The notes beneath the pieces are model-generated. The model had not been told where the DNA came from. It did no database searches and saw only the letters and a program-made list of their open reading frames with translations. The position numbers and the translations under genes were made by a program. DNA of 64,000 nt from a virus (Duplodnaviria > Heunggongvirae > Uroviricota > Caudoviricetes), in IMG/VR virus record IMGVR_UViG_3300010885_065725. The stretch is one strand, 5' to 3'. Below, in pieces: positions 60,565 to 64,000 of this stretch (position 1 is the stretch's first letter; each line of letters opens with the position of its first letter).

Positions 60565-60757
60565 CGTGACCTATATCCTATTTATACATATTAAAAATAA
60601 AATATTGACATTTAATAATAATTATTATATAATTGTTCCTTGTGTATTCATATAGTTTTTTTATCTTAAGCAAAATTTAAGAAACTTTTTATATTGTATT
60701 GTTTGTATATAATGGTTAATGTGAGTTAAGAAAGGTAGTACATTGTTGTGCTACCTA

Positions 60758-60765
60758 TATAAATA
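60758..60765 (+). promoter_or_regulatory. T4-type late promoter TATAAATA
   Basis: Exact TATAAATA followed by AAGGAG ribosome-binding site and the ATG at 60779. Confidence 0.55.
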
Positions 60766-60778
60766 AAGGAGAAACCCA

Positions 60779-61153
60779 ATGAGAATGCTAATTTTAGCCA
60801 CTCTGATGCTTATCTCTGGCAATGCAGTATCGTCAGAACAAAAACATGATCGACATTCCCAACAGATAAAGTTCAACAAAACTGGGATTGCTTCATGGTA
60901 CGGTTATAATCATGCAGGGAAGTTGACTGCCTCTGGTAGCAGGTTTAATCCTGCAAATATGACTGCCGCTCATAAATTTTTAAAATTTGGCACAAAGTTA
61001 AAGGTAACAAATCTTAAAAATAATAAATCTGTTGTTGTGACAATAACAGATAGAGGACCTTACATCAAAGGTAGAAGTATTGACCTAAGTAAAGGTGCTG
61101 CAAAGAGAATAGGTATTCTCGGAGTGGCAAATGTAAAGATGGAAAAAGTATGA
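60779..61153 (+). CDS. secreted RlpA-like double-psi beta-barrel protein
   Basis: Signal peptide MRMLILATLMLISGNAVS. ASWYGYNHAGKLTASGSRFNPANMTAAHKFLKFGTKLKVTNL..VVVTITDRGPY..RSIDLSKGAAKRIG matches the RlpA/DPBB_1 consensus. Confidence 0.55.
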   Translation: MRMLILATLMLISGNAVSSEQKHDRHSQQIKFNKTGIASWYGYNHAGKLTASGSRFNPANMTAAHKFLKFGTKLKVTNLKNNKSVVVTITDRGPYIKGRSIDLSKGAAKRIGILGVANVKMEKV

Positions 61154-61665
61154 CAATATTTTTTTAATTCACACGAGAGAAAGAAAAAATGGCATTAAAA
61201 GTTTCTAATAAAAACAGAAAAAAGCATGTTGCGGAAATTATAGAAAAAGAAATGCCTATTTGTAATGTTTTCAGGTCATCAGAGTTTAAAAAAGAATTTG
61301 TGATGCCTGAAAATATTATTCTTAAATATGTGATAAAAGATACACCGAAAGAACAAATTTTTAATTATAAATATATATTTTATATGATTATATTGTTATC
61401 TATTTCAGCTATGGTATTTTTATAATGGAAATACTTACGGATTTTTGGTTCATGAATAACGTATATACTATTGTTATTCCTATTTGCGCATATTTTTCCT
61501 ATAAAAAAGGCTATAATACAGGTGTAGATGAAGTATTAGATGATCTCGAGAATAAGGGCATCATCAAATTTGAAGAAGAAGAAGAACAATAATAGTTGAA
61601 ATATATTTAAATACCTGATATAATTAGGTCTGTTTTTACTTTAATGAATAATGAGAATATAAATT

Positions 61666-62358
61666 ATGAAGATTTCACAAAATACAATTGCAATATTGAA
61701 AAACTTTTCTACTATCAATGGAAATTTTTGGTATCCAGGAGAAGGAAATGTTATTTCTACTATTTCTCCTATGGGGAACATTTTTGCAAATGCCACAATC
61801 GAAGAAGACTTCGCAAAAGAATTTTGTATATATGAATTGAGTGATTTTCTTTCTGTGATATCTATTGCAGAAGAGCCATGGTTAGTTTTGCAGGACACGC
61901 ATGCAGAAATTTCATGGAAAAGTAGTAAACTTAAGTATGGGTATGCAGACAGTGAAATATTTGATGTAGAAAATTCATCCTTCAAATATTTAAAGGCTGG
62001 ATTCACTATGCCAGAATGTGAAATTTCTTTCAGATTAGATGCAGAAAATATTATTGCAATAAGAAAGGCATCTGCAGTTCTTAAGGCGCAAAATATTTCT
62101 ATTTCTTCTTCTGATGGTGGTATCATTCAGCTCACTACCTACGACAAAACAAACCCTAATTCAAACAGATTTGAAATATATCTGCCAGAAACTACTCCAC
62201 ATAAATTTAATATGGAACTGAGTATCGAAAATCTTAGAATTATTGCAGGAGACTATATTGTAAATATATCTTCGAATAATACTGCACATTTTCAAAAAAG
62301 TACCAATGATGTTAATTACTATATTGCAATGGATGAAAGTTCTGCATTCCAACAGTAA
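61666..62358 (+). CDS. 45: sliding clamp (gp45 family)
   Basis: MKISQNTIAILKNFSTINGNFWY vs T4 gp45 MKLSKDTTALLKNFATINSGIML. 230 aa vs 228 aa. Confidence 0.7.
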   Translation: MKISQNTIAILKNFSTINGNFWYPGEGNVISTISPMGNIFANATIEEDFAKEFCIYELSDFLSVISIAEEPWLVLQDTHAEISWKSSKLKYGYADSEIFDVENSSFKYLKAGFTMPECEISFRLDAENIIAIRKASAVLKAQNISISSSDGGIIQLTTYDKTNPNSNRFEIYLPETTPHKFNMELSIENLRIIAGDYIVNISSNNTAHFQKSTNDVNYYIAMDESSAFQQ

Positions 62359-62378
62359 TAATAAGGTATAAATAAATT

Positions 62379-63326
62379 ATGAATCTAGCGAAAAACGAAG
62401 AATTTATTTGGTCACAGGAATATCGACCACGAACTATAGACGATTGTATTCTTCCTGTAGAATTAAAGAATACGTTCAAAAGTTATATTGCGTCAGGGCA
62501 ACTACAGAACATGTTATTGGCAGGATCTGCTGGAACAGGTAAAACTAGTGCGGCTCTTGCGCTGTGTGATGAAATTGATGCAGATGTATTGTTTATTAAT
62601 GCATCATTGGAGACAGGTGTAGATGTAGTGCGAACAAAACTCGCACAATTTACTTCTACAGTTTCTCTTCAATCTAAATTAAAAGTAATAATTCTTGATG
62701 AAGTTGACAGAAGTTCTGCTCAATTTCAAGATTCTTTGAAATCGTTTATGGAAACATTTTCAAAGAATACAAGATTTATTCTTATAACGAACCATAAAGA
62801 AAAAATAATTGATCCTATTCAGTCAAGGTGCGCATTGGTAGAGTTTAAAATACCTGCAAAAGAAAAACCTAAACTGGCAAAACAATTATTGGTTCGTTTG
62901 AAACAAATTCTTGATGAAAAGAATATTGAGTATGACGAGAAGGTAATAAGAGAATTAATTTTGAAGTTTTTTCCTGATAATAGAAAAATTATCAACGAAC
63001 TTCAGAGATATTCTATTTCGGGCAAAATAGATGTAGGTATACTTGTTAATTTTTCTGATGATACATTCAGAGAATTAGTTGTCCTACTAAAAGAAAATAA
63101 TTTTCCTGTTTTAAGAAAATGGGTAAATGACAATTCAGATATTGAACCTTCAATGTTATTTAATAAACTGTATTCGACATCAAAGAATTATGTAGAGGAT
63201 ACGAGTATTCCTGAATTAGTATTGATACTTTCAAAATATTCTTATCAATCTACTCTTGTAGTTGATCATGAACTCAACAATATCGCATGTTTTGTTGAAA
63301 TCATGGGCGGTTGTTCTTTTAAATAA
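62379..63326 (+). CDS. 44: clamp loader large subunit (gp44, AAA+)
   Basis: LLAGSAGTGKTSAALAL Walker A, IILDEVDR Walker B, SRC sensor motif. 315 aa vs 319 aa. Directly after gp45. Confidence 0.75.
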   Translation: MNLAKNEEFIWSQEYRPRTIDDCILPVELKNTFKSYIASGQLQNMLLAGSAGTGKTSAALALCDEIDADVLFINASLETGVDVVRTKLAQFTSTVSLQSKLKVIILDEVDRSSAQFQDSLKSFMETFSKNTRFILITNHKEKIIDPIQSRCALVEFKIPAKEKPKLAKQLLVRLKQILDEKNIEYDEKVIRELILKFFPDNRKIINELQRYSISGKIDVGILVNFSDDTFRELVVLLKENNFPVLRKWVNDNSDIEPSMLFNKLYSTSKNYVEDTSIPELVLILSKYSYQSTLVVDHELNNIACFVEIMGGCSFK

Positions 63327-63344
63327 TATAACAGGTAAATAAAA

Positions 63345-63746
63345 ATGATTAAATCTTTTAATGAAGTAAGTAACATAAACAGTTCTCCACAACCTATGGT
63401 TGCATCAATGGTTGCCTTGTGTTTCGATGCAAGAACAAAGGCACATATGGCACATTTGCAGACTACAAGTTATGCACAACATATTGCATTGAATGAATTC
63501 TATGATAGTATTGTAGATTTAACAGATGCATTTGCAGAATCATACCAAGGTAGATATGGAATCATTCGTCAATATCCTTCTATATCAATTCAAAGTAAAG
63601 ATGGAATAGGAATAGTGAAAGAATTGCGCAAATGGATCGATGAAAATAGAAAATCTTGTGGAGATCTTTCTGAACTACAAAATGACATTGATGCTATTGT
63701 TAGTCAATGTGATTCTACAATATATAAACTTACTAATCTTTCATGA
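63345..63746 (+). CDS. hypothetical protein inserted between gp44 and gp62
   Basis: 133-aa ORF. T4 has gp44 and gp62 adjacent. Confidence 0.3.
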   Translation: MIKSFNEVSNINSSPQPMVASMVALCFDARTKAHMAHLQTTSYAQHIALNEFYDSIVDLTDAFAESYQGRYGIIRQYPSISIQSKDGIGIVKELRKWIDENRKSCGDLSELQNDIDAIVSQCDSTIYKLTNLS

Positions 63747-64000
63747 CAGAAAAACTTACTCCATTTTCTTATGTAAAAACTATTAATAGCAAAGAGCAAC
63801 AATATTCTGATTTGTCTGAATATATTCCTTATGTTATCAATAGAGGGTTTTCTTATACATGGGACACTATAATGTTTGCGAATGCGATGAATATGGTTTC
63901 TCATACTAGTAAAGAAATGCAATATGATTTTTATTATTATGGAATAGAAAAGAAAAAAAGATTTGGTAAATGGTTAAAAAAAGATAATTTTGCTGATGTT
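63744..64000 (+). CDS. 62: clamp loader small subunit (gp62-like), 5' partial (runs off window end)
   Basis: Hand translation MTEKLTPFSYVKTI...YDFYYYGIEKKKRFGKWLKK. KRFGKWLKK resembles T4 gp62 KRYGKWAKL. Position after gp44. Confidence 0.45.

Noticed and set aside
61641-62126. 161-aa minus-strand ORF
   Set aside because: It lies entirely antisense to the well-supported gp45 sliding clamp gene (61666..62358, +). Most likely a spurious ORF in AT-rich sequence.

Overview
This window is an AT-rich (about 70% A+T by eye), densely coded segment of a T4-like myovirus genome. It is not a cellular chromosome. Recognisable T4 core genes include the late sigma factor gp55, the recombination genes gp46, gp47, endonuclease VII, UvsW and UvsY, and the replication genes gp45, gp44 and gp62 plus DNA polymerase gp43. 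A morphogenesis block on the minus strand carries head and tail genes gp23, gp22, gp21, gp20 (portal), gp19, gp18 and large terminase gp17, together with PhoH. Gene order is rearranged relative to T4. The most notable feature is a large terminase encoded as two separate genes about 1.9 kb apart. The N-terminal piece ends ...RQVGK followed by a 39-aa intein start (CVCHDTTIRV...). The C-terminal piece begins with a 125-aa intein end (...FFSNEILSHN) followed by T-LTMSCYLIWF. The split falls exactly inside the Walker A motif (T4 SRQLGK|TT). This is a naturally, atypically split intein that would need protein trans-splicing to make functional terminase. Second, DNA polymerase gp43 is two cistrons (N-terminal exonuclease part 43A and polymerase part 43B) separated by an opposite-strand GIY-YIG homing endonuclease gene; a near-identical paralogous GIY-YIG gene sits next to phoH. 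Third, a ~14.5 kb plus-strand early region (about 22–36.6 kb) holds many small ORFs, including an expanded alternating array of two paralog families. Family A is ~65–110 aa with the motif EKFAELLIxDC. Family B starts MSKERELLK and carries QEPVAW and PLYLAPPKPE. Three near-identical ~70-bp promoter-leader cassettes (GTTTAC-17 bp-TATAAT, conserved leader and GAGAG ribosome-binding site) lie in this region. Other features are listed below. There is a tRNA-Met/Ile(CAU) next to a degenerate tRNA-like element and a structured GC-richer non-coding stretch. A divergent intergenic region carries three 39-bp direct repeats upstream of a perfect consensus sigma70 promoter. Two proteins carry T4 internal-protein-type capsid-targeting N-termini (MKTFKEYLAEE). 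The portal has an extra C-terminal domain. A 559-aa His/Gly/Lys-rich protein lies downstream of the major capsid gene. Remaining genes of note are a DNA methyltransferase with a nearby PD-(D/E)xK nuclease, an SPFH lipoprotein, a 2OG-Fe(II) oxygenase-like gene and a late-promoter-driven RlpA-like secreted protein. No CRISPR arrays or rRNA were seen.
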